Notes: generated by a model from the letters alone, not told the origin. A DNA stretch of 56,069 nucleotides from Gemmatimonadales bacterium (GCA_025928645.1 JAICJD010000003.1:1-56069), one strand, 5' to 3'. Positions 27,421 to 38,209 are shown, counted from the first letter of the stretch. A program made the numbers and translations.

Positions 27421-28719
27421 ATGACCCGCGTGCGCCTCATCCTGCTGTTCACCCTCCTGGCTGCCTGTCCCCTCCGGGCGCAGGAGCGGGCGGTGTCCCT
27501 CGCCGAGGCCATCCGGCTGGCCGAGCGGACTCAGCCGGGGATGGTCCAGGCCCAGCGCGAGCTCGAGACCGCTTCCGCCCAGCGGCGCAACGCCTGGGGC
27601 AACTTCCTGCCCAACCTGAACGCGAGCTCGTCGGCCAGCATGTTCTCGTCCGGCGGCGCCTCGCGCATCGATCCCGTGACCGGCCAGGTGCTCTCGGGCA
27701 ACACGACCAACCGCAGCCTCAACACCTCGCTCAGCGCCAGCGTGGACCTGTTCACCGGCTTTCGCCGCGGCGCCGAGCTGCAGGCGGCCAAGGCGGGCCA
27801 GACGCAGGCGAACGCGGGCCTGGTGGACGCGCGGTTCCAGCAGGCGCTGGCCACCACGAACCAGTTCTTCGACGCCCTGAGCGCCGCCCAGCTGGTCGGC
27901 GTGCGGGAGGCGAGCGTGCGCCGGGCCGAGGAGCAGCTCAAGGTCTCGGTGGCCAAGCTGCACGCCGGGTCCGCCACCCGCTCGGACTCGCTCCGGTCGC
28001 TCGTGACCCTGGGCAATACCCGGCTCGACCTCATTCAGGCCCAGACCGATCTCGCGACCGCGGAAGCCGGCCTGGCCCGCCTCATCGGCGAAGCCGGCCG
28101 GGTCCGCGCGCTGGACGACTCGAGCTTTCGCCGGGTCGTGTCCGCGGTGGACACCGCGGCGCTCCGTCAGGAGGCCGAGGCCGGGTCGCCCCGGATCCAG
28201 AACGCGGTCGCGAGCGCCGAGGTCGCGCGGTCCAACCTCCGGGCGTCGCGGTCGGCCTACTGGCCGAGCCTCACGCTCGGCGCCAACACGAGCTGGAACG
28301 CGAGCCGGGCGAACGATTACGCCTTCTTCAACCAGCGCCAGCTCAGCCTGCAGCTGAGCTGGAGCCTGTTCAACCGGTTCGACCGCGAGCTCACGATCGC
28401 GCAGCGCGAGGCCACGTTCGACGTGGCCCAGGCGACCGCGCTCGACGAGCGTCGCGCGGTCGAGGCGGAGCTCACCCAGCGGCTGGCGGAGCTCGCGGCG
28501 GCGCAATCCAAGATCGACATTACCGCCACCAGCGTCGCGGCCGCCACCGAGGACCTCCGGGTTCAGCAGGAGCGCTATCGGCTCGGCGCCTCGACCATCG
28601 TCGACGTGCTGACCTCGCAGGAAGCCCTCAATCAGGCGGAGGTGGACGTGGTGAACGCGCGGTTCGACTATCTCCGGGCCCGGGCGCAGCTCGAGGCGCT
28701 GATCGGACGGACCCTGTGA
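27421..28719 (+). CDS. TolC-family outer membrane efflux protein
   Basis: Signal peptide, SLAEAI, duplicated OEP repeats, ERYRLGAST. Confidence 0.88.
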   Translation: MTRVRLILLFTLLAACPLRAQERAVSLAEAIRLAERTQPGMVQAQRELETASAQRRNAWGNFLPNLNASSSASMFSSGGASRIDPVTGQVLSGNTTNRSLNTSLSASVDLFTGFRRGAELQAAKAGQTQANAGLVDARFQQALATTNQFFDALSAAQLVGVREASVRRAEEQLKVSVAKLHAGSATRSDSLRSLVTLGNTRLDLIQAQTDLATAEAGLARLIGEAGRVRALDDSSFRRVVSAVDTAALRQEAEAGSPRIQNAVASAEVARSNLRASRSAYWPSLTLGANTSWNASRANDYAFFNQRQLSLQLSWSLFNRFDRELTIAQREATFDVAQATALDERRAVEAELTQRLAELAAAQSKIDITATSVAAATEDLRVQQERYRLGASTIVDVLTSQEALNQAEVDVVNARFDYLRARAQLEALIGRTL

Positions 28720-29471
28720 CCGCGGGCCTGGGCGACACGGCCGAGCGCATGGCCAGGCTGCCGGCCGACGTCCCGAAGAACGCGGTCATCGTCACCCGGA
28801 ACCTCCAACGTGACTACGACATGGGCGGCGAGGTCGTCCACGCGCTCCGCGGCGTCGATCTCGCCATCCGGCAGAACGAGTTCGTCGCCATCATGGGGGC
28901 GTCCGGCTCGGGCAAGTCCACCCTCATGAACCTGATCGGCTGCCTCGACAGCCCGACCGGCGGCGAGTACTGGCTCAACGGTCACCGGGTCTCCGAGCTG
29001 GGCGACGACGAGCTGGCGCGCATCCGGAACAAGGAGATCGGGTTCGTCTTCCAGACCTTCAACCTGCTCCCGCGCGCCTCGGCGCTGCACAACGTCGAGC
29101 TGCCGCTGGTGTACGCCGGCATGGGCGCGCGCGAGCGGCGGGCCGCCGCGGCCGACGCGCTCACGCGCGTGGGGCTGCAGGACCGCATGGAGCACCGCCC
29201 GAACGAGCTGTCGGGCGGCCAGCGGCAGCGGGTGGCCATCGCCCGGGCGCTGGTGAACCGGCCGAGCATTCTGCTGGCCGACGAGCCCACCGGCAACCTG
29301 GACAGCGCGACCAGCGAGGAGATCATGGCCCTGTTCGAAGGGCTCCACCGCGACGGCCAGACGATCGTGCTGGTGACCCACGAGACCGACATCGCCGCCC
29401 ACGCGCTTCGCCAGGTCCACCTCAAGGACGGACGCGTCGAGCGCGACTTCGTGACCGGGAGGACGGCGTGA
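28716..29471 (+). CDS. ABC transporter ATPase (MacB/LolD type)
   Basis: [30 protein letters not shown]. Confidence 0.92.
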   Translation: MTAGLGDTAERMARLPADVPKNAVIVTRNLQRDYDMGGEVVHALRGVDLAIRQNEFVAIMGASGSGKSTLMNLIGCLDSPTGGEYWLNGHRVSELGDDELARIRNKEIGFVFQTFNLLPRASALHNVELPLVYAGMGARERRAAAADALTRVGLQDRMEHRPNELSGGQRQRVAIARALVNRPSILLADEPTGNLDSATSEEIMALFEGLHRDGQTIVLVTHETDIAAHALRQVHLKDGRVERDFVTGRTA

Positions 29472-30865
29472 GGCGCCTGAGCGGCCTCATCGCGCTGGCG
29501 GCCCTGCTGGCCAGCGGCTGCAAAAAGGAAGTGCAGCAGGTCGTCTACCAGGCCGTGCCGGTCGAGCGGAGGGACATCATCGTGAACGCCCAGGCGGCGG
29601 GGGCCATCCAGCCCGACACGACCGTCGAGGTCAAGTCCAAGGCGTCGGGCGAAGTGCTGCAGCTCAACGCGGAGACCGGCCAGCTGGTGAAGCGCGGCGC
29701 GCTGCTGGTGCATATCGACCCGCGGAACGCGCGCAACCTGCTGGCGCAGGCACAGGCCAATCTCGACGTGGCCCAGGCCAAGCTCACCAACGCGACCAGC
29801 CAGATGCGCCGGGCCGACGAGCTGTTCAAGACCCAGGCGATCACCCAGGAAGAGCACGAGACCGCCCTGCTCAACTACGCCGACGCCAAGTCGCAGGTCG
29901 TGAACGCGCGGGTGGCGGTGGACAACGCGAAGATCCAGCTCGAGGACACCGACGTCCGCGCGCCGATCACCGGCACCATCATCGAGAAGGACATCGAGCG
30001 GGGGACCGTCATCGCCTCGGCCACGTCCAACGTGAGCGGCGGCACGACGCTGCTCAAGATGGCCGACCTCAACCTGGTGCAAGTCCGCACCCTGGTGGAC
30101 GAGACCGACGTCGGGAAGGTCCAGGCCGGACAGGAGGCCACCATCACGGTCGACGCCTATCCCAACCGCAGCTTCGACGGCACCGTGCTCAAGATCGAGC
30201 CGCAGGCGCAGACCGAGCAGAACGTGACCGTGTTCCCGGTGCTCGTCCGCATCCACAACGAGACGGGCCTGCTCCGGCCCGGCATGAACACCGAGGTCGA
30301 GATCCACGTCGGCGAGCGCGACAGCGTGCTGGCCGTGCCCAACGCCGCGCTCCGGACCCAGCGGGATGTCGGCTCCGCGGCGCAGGTGCTGGGACTCTCG
30401 CCCGATGACGTTCAGCGCCAGCTCGCGGCCACCGCGAGCCAGGCGGGCAGCTCGGCCGGCGCCTCGGTCCCCGGGGCGGCCGACAGCGCGGGCGCGGCGG
30501 ATTCGGCCGGCCGGAGCCGCCGGGATTCTACCCGAGCCCGCGGACAGCGGGGCTTCGGCGGCGCCGGCCGCCGCGCCACCCGGGGCACAGACGCGGGCGG
30601 GGGCCGCTACGTCGTCTTCGTCAAACGGAACGCCGCGCCCGCGCCGGTCTGGATCCGGACCGGCCTCACCGACCTCGACTACAGCGAAGTCCTCCACGGG
30701 CTGGCCCAGGGCGACTCGGTCTACGTCCTGCCGAGCGCGAGCCTGGTGCAGTCGCAAGAGGACATGAAGCAGCGGGTCAACCGGATCACCGGCGGCGGCG
30801 GAGTTCCCGGCATGCAGCAGACGGCGCCCTCGTCCGGCGGCGGCCGCCGGACACCGGCCCGCTGA
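29468..30865 (+). CDS. MacA-type periplasmic adaptor lipoprotein
   Basis: Lipobox LASGC, APITGTI, LRPGMN. Confidence 0.88.
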   Translation: MRRLSGLIALAALLASGCKKEVQQVVYQAVPVERRDIIVNAQAAGAIQPDTTVEVKSKASGEVLQLNAETGQLVKRGALLVHIDPRNARNLLAQAQANLDVAQAKLTNATSQMRRADELFKTQAITQEEHETALLNYADAKSQVVNARVAVDNAKIQLEDTDVRAPITGTIIEKDIERGTVIASATSNVSGGTTLLKMADLNLVQVRTLVDETDVGKVQAGQEATITVDAYPNRSFDGTVLKIEPQAQTEQNVTVFPVLVRIHNETGLLRPGMNTEVEIHVGERDSVLAVPNAALRTQRDVGSAAQVLGLSPDDVQRQLAATASQAGSSAGASVPGAADSAGAADSAGRSRRDSTRARGQRGFGGAGRRATRGTDAGGGRYVVFVKRNAAPAPVWIRTGLTDLDYSEVLHGLAQGDSVYVLPSASLVQSQEDMKQRVNRITGGGGVPGMQQTAPSSGGGRRTPAR

Positions 30866-30867
30866 CG

Positions 30868-32082
30868 ATGCTGGTCGGCGAAACGCTGGCCGTCGCCCTC
30901 TCCTCGATCCGGAGCAACGCGCTCCGGTCGGTGCTCACGATGCTGGGCATCATCATCGGGGTCGGCGCGGTCATCACCATGGTGGCGCTCGGCAGCGGAG
31001 CCCAGAAGGCGGTCGAGGAGCGGATCGCCGCGCTGGGCGCCAACGTGTTCACCGTGTTCGCCGGCCAGGGTCGCTCGGGCGCCGTCATGATCACCGACCG
31101 GACCATCCTGAGCACCGACGACTACGAGGCGCTCGAGCGCGACGCCACCCTGCTCAAGGCGGTCGTGCCCGAGGCCCAGTCGTCCCAGCAGGTCGTGTTC
31201 GGCAACCAGAACCGGAACCTCAACATCATCGGCACCACGGCCGAGTACGTGGACGTGCACAACTACACCGTCCCGTACGGCCGGATGTTCACCAACGGCG
31301 ACGACGCGTCCCGCCAGCGCTACGCGGTGCTCGGCTCGTCGGTGCCCGAGGAGCTGGGCGCGAACCCGGCCGCGATGATCCACCAGACGCTGCTCATCCG
31401 CGGCATTCCCTTCGAGATCGTCGGCGTGCTGAGCGCGAAAGGCGCCGCGGGCGGGTTCCAGAACCCCGACGAGCAGATCCTCATCCCCCTGCATACGGCG
31501 CAGTACCGGGTGTTCGGCAGCAAGCGGCTCCGCTCCATGTCCATTCAGGTGAAGGACAGCGTGCCGATCGAGCAGGGCATGGTGGACCTCGAGCGGGTCC
31601 TCCGGCGCCAGCATCACATCCGTCCGGGCGGCGAGAACGATTTCATCATCCGGAACCAGCAGGACGTGCTCCAGACCCAGCAGCAGGCGACGCAGGTCTT
31701 CACCACGCTGCTCGCCAGCATCGCGGCGGTGAGCCTCGTGGTCGGCGGCATCGGGATCATGAACATCATGCTGGTGTCGGTCACGGAACGCACCCGGGAG
31801 ATCGGCGTGCGCAAGGCGCTCGGCGCGACCCGGGGGAACATCCTGCTCCAGTTCCTCATCGAGGCGCTGACGCTCTGCATCCTGGGCGGGGCGATCGGCA
31901 TTCTGCTTGGCGTGGGCACGACCGTCGTGCTCGCCCGCGTCATGCAGTGGAACACGCTCATCTCTCCGCTGGCCGTGGTCGTCGCGTTCGGCTTCAGCGC
32001 CCTCGTCGGACTCTTCTTCGGCATCTGGCCCGCCAGGCGGGCCGCCCGACTCGATCCGATCGTCGCCTTGCGCTACGAGTAG
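30868..32082 (+). CDS. MacB-type ABC permease
   Basis: RSVLTMLGIIIGV, GGIGIMNIMLVSVTERTREIGVRKALGA, C-terminal ALRYE. Confidence 0.92.
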   Translation: MLVGETLAVALSSIRSNALRSVLTMLGIIIGVGAVITMVALGSGAQKAVEERIAALGANVFTVFAGQGRSGAVMITDRTILSTDDYEALERDATLLKAVVPEAQSSQQVVFGNQNRNLNIIGTTAEYVDVHNYTVPYGRMFTNGDDASRQRYAVLGSSVPEELGANPAAMIHQTLLIRGIPFEIVGVLSAKGAAGGFQNPDEQILIPLHTAQYRVFGSKRLRSMSIQVKDSVPIEQGMVDLERVLRRQHHIRPGGENDFIIRNQQDVLQTQQQATQVFTTLLASIAAVSLVVGGIGIMNIMLVSVTERTREIGVRKALGATRGNILLQFLIEALTLCILGGAIGILLGVGTTVVLARVMQWNTLISPLAVVVAFGFSALVGLFFGIWPARRAARLDPIVALRYE

Positions 32083-32087
32083 CGCCG

Positions 32088-33377
32088 ATGGCCGACACCG
32101 ACGTGCTGGTCGTGGGGGCGGGCATGGCCGGACTCGCCGCGGCGGACCGGCTGGTCGCCCGCGGCCGGCGCGTCGTGATCGTGGAGGCGCGCGACCGCCT
32201 CGGCGGCCGCATCCACACCACGCACGCCCCCGAGCTCGCCTCGCCGGTGGAGCTCGGCGCCGAGTTCGTGCACGGGCGTCCGGCGGAACTGGTCGCGCTG
32301 ATCGAGGCGCTCGGGCTGACACTGGTCGCCGTGCCCGAGCGGCATCGGCGAGGGCCCGGGCGCCCGCCTCTCCCCGATCTGCGGAGGTCGCTCGCCCGTC
32401 TGCTCGAGGCCGGCGACGCATCCCACGACCGTCCCGTGGCCGAGCTGCTGGACGAGACCCGCGGCACGGGCGAGCCCGGCGAAGTCGAGGCCGTCGCCCG
32501 GTATCTCGAGGGCTTCCACGCGGCCGACCTGTCGCTGCTCGGCTCGCGGTCGCTCGCGGAGAACGAGAACGCGGGCGCGGAGGACGGCGAGGACGTCCAT
32601 CGGATCCGCGAGGGCTACGGCGCGCTGATCGAGCGCTTCGTCGCGCGGATCGATCCCGCGCGCTGCGAGATCCGGCTCGGCCAGCGGGTGACCGCGCTCC
32701 ACTGGGGTCCCAGGGAGGTGCGGAGCGCCGTTCGGACGGGAAACGGGCGGACCGAGGTAACCGCCCGGCAGGCCGTGGTCACCCTCCCGCTGCCGGTGCT
32801 GTGCGAGCTGGTCGAGGCCACGGGGCCGGACGCCATTGATCCCGCGCCGCCCCAATGGCAGACTGCCCTTCGGACGCTCCGGATGGGCAGCGCACACCGC
32901 GCGGTCCTCGGATTCGACCGCCGCTGGTGGGCGCCCGATGGCGAAAACGGCCCCAGCTTCGTGCACGGCGGCGCGGAGGCCTTTCCGGTGTGGTGGACCG
33001 CCCTGCCGAGCCATGAGGCCCTGCTCACCGGCTGGACCGGCGGACCCCGTGCCGCCGCGCTGAGCGGGCAGCCGGAAGGAGTCATGCTCCGGGCGGCGCT
33101 CGAATCGCTCGCCTCCGTGTTCCGGCGCGACGTGGCGGAGCTCCGTTCGGCCCTGCGGCTGGCTTACACGCACGACTGGACGGCGGACCCGCTATCGCGG
33201 GGGGCGTACAGCTACGGCGGCGTCGGGGCCATCGAGGCGCGCGAGCTGCTGGCCCGCCCGGTCGGCGGCACGGTCGTACTCGCGGGCGAGGCCGTCGCCC
33301 GAAAGGGACGGAACGCCACGGTCCACGGGGCACTGGCCAGCGGCCGCGAGGCGGCGGACACCCTGTTCGCGAGCTGA
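32088..33377 (+). CDS. Flavin monoamine oxidase family protein
   Basis: GAGMAGL, EARDRLGGR, ELGAEFVH, GAYSY, AGEA, TVHGALASG. Confidence 0.87.
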   Translation: MADTDVLVVGAGMAGLAAADRLVARGRRVVIVEARDRLGGRIHTTHAPELASPVELGAEFVHGRPAELVALIEALGLTLVAVPERHRRGPGRPPLPDLRRSLARLLEAGDASHDRPVAELLDETRGTGEPGEVEAVARYLEGFHAADLSLLGSRSLAENENAGAEDGEDVHRIREGYGALIERFVARIDPARCEIRLGQRVTALHWGPREVRSAVRTGNGRTEVTARQAVVTLPLPVLCELVEATGPDAIDPAPPQWQTALRTLRMGSAHRAVLGFDRRWWAPDGENGPSFVHGGAEAFPVWWTALPSHEALLTGWTGGPRAAALSGQPEGVMLRAALESLASVFRRDVAELRSALRLAYTHDWTADPLSRGAYSYGGVGAIEARELLARPVGGTVVLAGEAVARKGRNATVHGALASGREAADTLFAS

Positions 33378-33418
33378 CAGGGGAGCGGGCCCGAACCGCA
33401 ACCCCCGGGAGCCCGGAC

Positions 33419-33444
33419 GGAACCGGGCGTCGGCTGGCGACGTT
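33419..33444 (+). promoter_or_regulatory. Candidate ECF sigma promoter
   Basis: GGAAC, 17-nt spacer, CGTT, about 40 nt before the cytochrome b start. Confidence 0.45.
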
Positions 33445-33485
33445 TCCCCACGGTTGGATCGTCGTTCTCTCTCCTGGAGGGCCGG

Positions 33486-34157
33486 ATGGACCCCGAGCGG
33501 CCCGATGTGAAGCGACACCACGGGTTGGTCCGCGCCGCCCACTGGCTCAATGCCGTTTTCCTCCTGGGCATGATCGCAAGCGGGCTTCAGATCTATCTCG
33601 CCTTTGCGCACTTCGGGCCGCGCGGGCAGCCGTACTACCCGAACCCGATCGACGGCCCCATCCCGCGGTGGGCCCGGCTCGGCGGCTGGCTGGCCGGCGG
33701 CCTCAACTGGCATTTCGCGCTCGCGTGGCCTTTCGTCATCACGGGCGTCGTCTATCTCGGTTTCCTGGCCGTGAGCGGCGAGTGGCGGTCGCTGCTGTTC
33801 CGGCCTCGCGACATCGGCCCCGCCATCCAGATGCAGCTCTACTATCTCCGACTCCGGAAAACCCATCCTCCGCAGGGCAAGCACAACGCCCTCCAGAAAG
33901 GGGCCTACACGTTCATCGTGCTGCTCGGCGCGCTCTCGGTGCTCACCGGGTTCGCCGTCTACAAGCCGGTGCAGCTCTCGTGGCTCACCGCGCTGTTCGG
34001 CGGATACGAGCTGGCGCGCTACTGGCACTTCTGGGCGGTGTGGATCTTCATCGCCTTCACGCTCCTTCACGTCGCGCTGGTGCTGCTGGTGGACCCGGCC
34101 TCGCTCCGGGCGATGATCACCGGCTGGTACCGCGGGAGGTTTCCGAGCCATGGGTGA
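33486..34157 (+). CDS. Cytochrome b membrane subunit (YdhU/FdnI-like)
   Basis: GGAGG RBS. Four TM His ligands: RAAHWLN, NWHF, YWHF, LLHV; also KHNALQK. Confidence 0.83.
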   Translation: MDPERPDVKRHHGLVRAAHWLNAVFLLGMIASGLQIYLAFAHFGPRGQPYYPNPIDGPIPRWARLGGWLAGGLNWHFALAWPFVITGVVYLGFLAVSGEWRSLLFRPRDIGPAIQMQLYYLRLRKTHPPQGKHNALQKGAYTFIVLLGALSVLTGFAVYKPVQLSWLTALFGGYELARYWHFWAVWIFIAFTLLHVALVLLVDPASLRAMITGWYRGRFPSHG

Positions 34158-34878
34158 GCGTCCCGGACTCAGCCGGCGCGACTTCGTGCGCCTGGGTGTC
34201 GTGGCCCCCGCGTCGATCGTCGCCGCGTGCGGCTGGGACGGCGGCTCACTGATCGAGCCGCGGCTCCGGGCCGTAAGCCGCATCAACGACTGGGTGGGCG
34301 AGAAGATTTTCTTCTCCGGCACCCGTCTCGCACCGCAGTATCCCATTTCCGCCCGGACGCCCAGGCGGGACTTCCCCGCGTATTCGATCACCTACAACCG
34401 CGTCGGCACCTATCCCCAGCCGCCCGCCGGGTGGACCTTCGAGGTAGACGGCCTGGTGCGAAAGCCCGTGCGCCTGACGAGCGCGATGCTCGAGGCGCTG
34501 CCGCGGGTGACCTATACGGTGAAGCACCATTGCGTCGAGGGATGGACGGCCATCGCCACCTGGACGGGAATTCCGGTCTCGGCGGTCACGCAGATGGTCG
34601 AGCCGACGCGCGACGCGAGGTACCTTCGGTTCGACTCCTTCGACAGCCGGTACTCCAACGGCTGGGACCTGGCGAGCGCGATGCACCCGCAGACGATCCT
34701 CGCCTACGCCTGGAACGACCGGCCGCTCACAGCGGAGAGGGGTGCGCCGCTCCGGCTCTATTCGCCGGTGAAGCTGGGGTACAAGCTCACGAAATATCTC
34801 ACCGGCATGACGTTCACCCGCGAGCGGCCGGGCGGATACTGGGAGGACCAGGGCTACCCGTGGTTCGGGGGGGTATGA
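34150..34878 (+). CDS. Sulfite-oxidase-family molybdopterin oxidoreductase (Tat-exported)
   Basis: SRRDFV Tat motif, Mo-ligand HCVEGW, GAPLRL...LGYK, GGYWED. Confidence 0.86.
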   Translation: MGERPGLSRRDFVRLGVVAPASIVAACGWDGGSLIEPRLRAVSRINDWVGEKIFFSGTRLAPQYPISARTPRRDFPAYSITYNRVGTYPQPPAGWTFEVDGLVRKPVRLTSAMLEALPRVTYTVKHHCVEGWTAIATWTGIPVSAVTQMVEPTRDARYLRFDSFDSRYSNGWDLASAMHPQTILAYAWNDRPLTAERGAPLRLYSPVKLGYKLTKYLTGMTFTRERPGGYWEDQGYPWFGGV

Positions 34879-34928
34879 GGTAAGCGGGAAGCGGGCAGTG
34901 GTAAGCGGGACAGGCATACCGGCGGCAC

Positions 34929-35011
34929 TTCATCCCGAGCGCAGCGAGGGACCTTGCCGGGCCGAGTTCGAGCCATTCCCGCACACGGTCCCTCGCTGCG
35001 CTCGGGATGAA
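34929..35011. repeat. REP-like hairpin, family B copy 2
   Basis: Perfect 25-bp inverted repeat at 34929-34953 and 34987-35011, preceded by GGTAAGCGGGA repeats. Confidence 0.9.
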
Positions 35012-36332
35012 GAACTCCCTCGGAGGCCGTCGCTATATTCCCGGCATTCCCGCCTCCGTTCCGCCTCACCGACTCCCGGCTCGCACCGGGCTCGCCCTCC
35101 CGCTCGTGCTGACGCTGGGGCTGCTGGCGGCCAGGCTCGTTCCGGCCGCCCCGCTCAGCGATCCGCTCGGCCGGCCACTGCCGCCGTCGCTGCACCTCGC
35201 GTACCCGCCGCTCTACCAGCTGCTGGCGCCGCTGTTCACGCTATGGGACGGCGTGTCGATGCTCAGCATGAGCCGCCTGCACGGCTTTCTCCTCGGGCTG
35301 CTGGTCCTCTTCGTGGCATGGCGGGTCGGGCGCGCGCTTCGTTTGCGGAGGCGGCCGGCGGAGCAGCGCGGCGCCCAAGCGCTCCGCGAAGTGCGCGTGT
35401 TCCTCTCCGCCCTTCTGGGTCTCGTGGCGTTCGTAGCCGCGGGGCTGCTGTGGCACCGCCCCATGGCTGCCCTCGCGGGGGCGCCCCCAGGCGACGTCGT
35501 CTTCGACGCGCACACCCACACCAACGTTTCCCACGACGTGCGCGGAACGCTCATGCGCGGGTTCGACACCGAGGCCGACCTCCGCTGGCACGCTCGGGCC
35601 GGCTTCGACGCCGTGTTCGTGACGGATCACAACACCGTCGCCGGGCTCCGCCCTCCCGCGCCGCGCGCCGACGCGCGGGTTGAGGCGGAGCGGCGCCCAC
35701 CCGTGCCGTGTCCCGGCATCGAGGTGAGCGCGTGGAAGGCGCACATCGTTCTCCTGGGCGATTCGCTGCCGGTCGACCCTCGGCGCTACAACGGCTCGCT
35801 GGAGGGCCTCGAGCGGCTGCTCGGCGAGAGCGAGCGGGCCTACGGCGCGCTCAGCCTGCTCTCGCTGCCCGAATACGAGCGCAACCATCGTGACCGGCTC
35901 GACAGCCTCTTCGCCGCCGGCGCCGACGGCCTCGAGCTGGTGAACGCGGCCCCGAAGGCCAACGAGCTCACGCGCGCCCGGCGGGATTCCATCGCGGCGC
36001 TCGCCCGCCGGTTCAACCGCTTCGTCGTCGGCGCGAGCGACAGCCACGGCTGGGGCGCCACGAACATGGTCTGGAACGTCATGGCCCTGCCCCACCCGGA
36101 GGGCCCGGCCCCCGCCCTGTGCGCCGCGCTGCTGGAGGGACTGCGCCGCGGCTTCGGAAGCTCGCAGATCGTCGAGCGCCATCGCCTCCGTTCGGACAGC
36201 GGCTGGCCCGTGTGGCTCACGCCTGTTGGTGTGGTGTGGGAGACCTGGCGGTCGATGGATTGGGTGCTGACGATGGCCTGGCTCGCGTGGGTATGGCTCC
36301 TGTGGGCCGCCTTCCGCCGGCGGTATACTTAG
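35007..36332 (+). CDS. Membrane-bound PHP-domain metallo-phosphoesterase
   Basis: N-terminal TMs, DAHTHT, TDHN, GIEVS, GASDSH, C-terminal TM. The ATG lies inside the repeat, so the start is uncertain. Confidence 0.78.
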   Translation: MKNSLGGRRYIPGIPASVPPHRLPARTGLALPLVLTLGLLAARLVPAAPLSDPLGRPLPPSLHLAYPPLYQLLAPLFTLWDGVSMLSMSRLHGFLLGLLVLFVAWRVGRALRLRRRPAEQRGAQALREVRVFLSALLGLVAFVAAGLLWHRPMAALAGAPPGDVVFDAHTHTNVSHDVRGTLMRGFDTEADLRWHARAGFDAVFVTDHNTVAGLRPPAPRADARVEAERRPPVPCPGIEVSAWKAHIVLLGDSLPVDPRRYNGSLEGLERLLGESERAYGALSLLSLPEYERNHRDRLDSLFAAGADGLELVNAAPKANELTRARRDSIAALARRFNRFVVGASDSHGWGATNMVWNVMALPHPEGPAPALCAALLEGLRRGFGSSQIVERHRLRSDSGWPVWLTPVGVVWETWRSMDWVLTMAWLAWVWLLWAAFRRRYT

Positions 36333-36377
36333 TCCCGCTCATTCCACTGGGTGCCGCTCATTCCACTGGATGGACGC

Positions 36378-37370
36378 ATGCCCGGCGCACGCTTCCTCGG
36401 GACCGGCCTCGCCGTGCCTGAACAGGTCGTCACCAACGACGATCTCTCCCGCCTGATGGACACCACCGACGAATGGATCCGCACGCGCACCGGCATCCGG
36501 GAGCGCCGCTGGGTGCGCGAGGGCGAGACCAACGCCGGCCTGGCCCACGCGGCCACCTTGCGCGCGCTCGAGTCCGCCGGGCTCGAGCCGGGCCGGCTCG
36601 ACGCCATCGTCTACGCCACCTCCACCCCCGACCACTTCGCGCCGGGCGGCGGCGTGTACCTCCAGCGTATGCTGGGCACCGGCGCCATTCCGTCGATCGA
36701 CATCCGCAACCAGTGCAGCGGGTTCGTGTACGCTCTGGCCGTCGCCGACGCGTTCATCCGCGGCGGGCTGTACCGGTACGTCCTCGTGGTGGGCGCGGAA
36801 GTGCAGTCCACCGCGCTCGATGTCTCGACCCGGGGACGGAACACGGCCGTGATCTTCGCCGATGGCGCCGGCGCCGCCGTGCTCGGCCCAGGCGACGGCG
36901 GGCGCGGCATCCTGGGGTACGATCTCCACGGTGACGGGACCTACGCGGAAAAGCTGTGGGTCGACGCGCCAGGGTCGATGTACCATCCGCGGATGTCGGC
37001 CGGGCAGATCGAGGCGGGGCGGCACTTTCTGGAGATGGACGGGAAGGAAGTATTCCGGCACGCGGTGACCCGGATGCCCGAGTCAGTCCGGGCGGTGCTT
37101 GCCGCGAACGGATACACGACGGCGGACCTCGCGCTGCTCGTGGCCCACCAGGCCAATCTGCGCATCGCCGAGATGATGCAGAAGGCGCTCGATCTGCGCG
37201 ACGACCAGGTCTACAACAACATCGAGCGGTACGGAAACACGACCGCGGCCACGATCCCGATGGCGCTCGACGAGTGCGCCCGCGCGGGCCGGCTCACGCC
37301 CGGCGACCTCGTGGCGCTCACCGCCTTCGGCTCGGGGTTTCTCTGGGGGAGCGCACTGCTCCGCTGGTGA
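36378..37370 (+). CDS. fabH: 3-oxoacyl-ACP synthase III
   Basis: DTTDEWIRTRTGI, catalytic NQCSGF, HQAN, YGNT. Confidence 0.9.
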   Translation: MPGARFLGTGLAVPEQVVTNDDLSRLMDTTDEWIRTRTGIRERRWVREGETNAGLAHAATLRALESAGLEPGRLDAIVYATSTPDHFAPGGGVYLQRMLGTGAIPSIDIRNQCSGFVYALAVADAFIRGGLYRYVLVVGAEVQSTALDVSTRGRNTAVIFADGAGAAVLGPGDGGRGILGYDLHGDGTYAEKLWVDAPGSMYHPRMSAGQIEAGRHFLEMDGKEVFRHAVTRMPESVRAVLAANGYTTADLALLVAHQANLRIAEMMQKALDLRDDQVYNNIERYGNTTAATIPMALDECARAGRLTPGDLVALTAFGSGFLWGSALLRW

Positions 37371-37397
37371 GCCGGCCGCGCGCCGCGGACAGCGGCC

Positions 37398-37784
37398 CTA
37401 GCCTGCGTTCTGGCTTTCATCGAGCGTGAGCTTCCGGCCGCAGTTCGTGCAGTGCAGCGACTTGGGCAGCGAGAACCGCCCGTAGAGCGGGAACTGCTGC
37501 TCGGTCCCGCAGAAGGGGCAGCGGCCCTGCACGCCGCGGAAGATCGCGCCCTCGCGCAGGCGCAGCGTGCCGAGCAGGACCGCGAGGAGCAGTCCGCCCG
37601 GCACCACCACGAAGTGCACGATGGGAATCGGAATCGCGATGATGGCGACGGCGATGAAGGCGCCGAAGATGGTGGCGGCCCGCTTGAGCCGGTCCGCCGG
37701 GGCCAGCTCCGCCACCTCGGCTTTCGCCGGGGCGAGCGGAGCACCAAAACCGTGTAGCTGCAGTTCGATACTTCGAGTAGTCAT
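37398..37784 (-). CDS. Membrane protein with C-terminal zinc ribbon
   Basis: Two TMs, then CPFC...CTNC. ATGA overlap. Confidence 0.7.
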   Translation of the reverse strand: MTTRSIELQLHGFGAPLAPAKAEVAELAPADRLKRAATIFGAFIAVAIIAIPIPIVHFVVVPGGLLLAVLLGTLRLREGAIFRGVQGRCPFCGTEQQFPLYGRFSLPKSLHCTNCGRKLTLDESQNAG

Positions 37785-38209
37785 TCAGGATCGAGCGGGT
37801 ACTTGCGCAAGTAGTACTCCTGCGTCCGGACGGCCCGCGCCCGGTAGAGCTGCTCCTCGTCGTCGTCCGCGTCGCTCACGAACAGGTGGAGCGACCCGGG
37901 CCACATCGTGGCCTGCAGCGACCAGTTGGTGGACGGCGCGTGGAGCACCCACTGGAGGGCACCGCCCCCCGCGTCGGTCAGATGGATTTCGCTCGCCCGC
38001 TCGAGCGGCACCTGCGCCGGGATTCCGGCGATGGCCGCCTCGATCGGATCGAGGCTCAGTTCAGCGTCGGTCCACGAGCGGAAGGTCACCTTCCCGTGCA
38101 CCGGCGACTCGGTTTCCGGCAACTCGAACTCGGCCTGCCACTCGCCCAGCAGATCCCACGCGTGGTCCATCGGGCCGATATTGGGCACCTGAACGGTCGG
38201 ATGTCGCAT
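37781..38209 (-). CDS. Hypothetical protein
   Basis: AGGAGG RBS before ATG 38209, host-like codon usage, coupled to the downstream gene. Confidence 0.72.
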   Translation of the reverse strand: MRHPTVQVPNIGPMDHAWDLLGEWQAEFELPETESPVHGKVTFRSWTDAELSLDPIEAAIAGIPAQVPLERASEIHLTDAGGGALQWVLHAPSTNWSLQATMWPGSLHLFVSDADDDEEQLYRARAVRTQEYYLRKYPLDPE

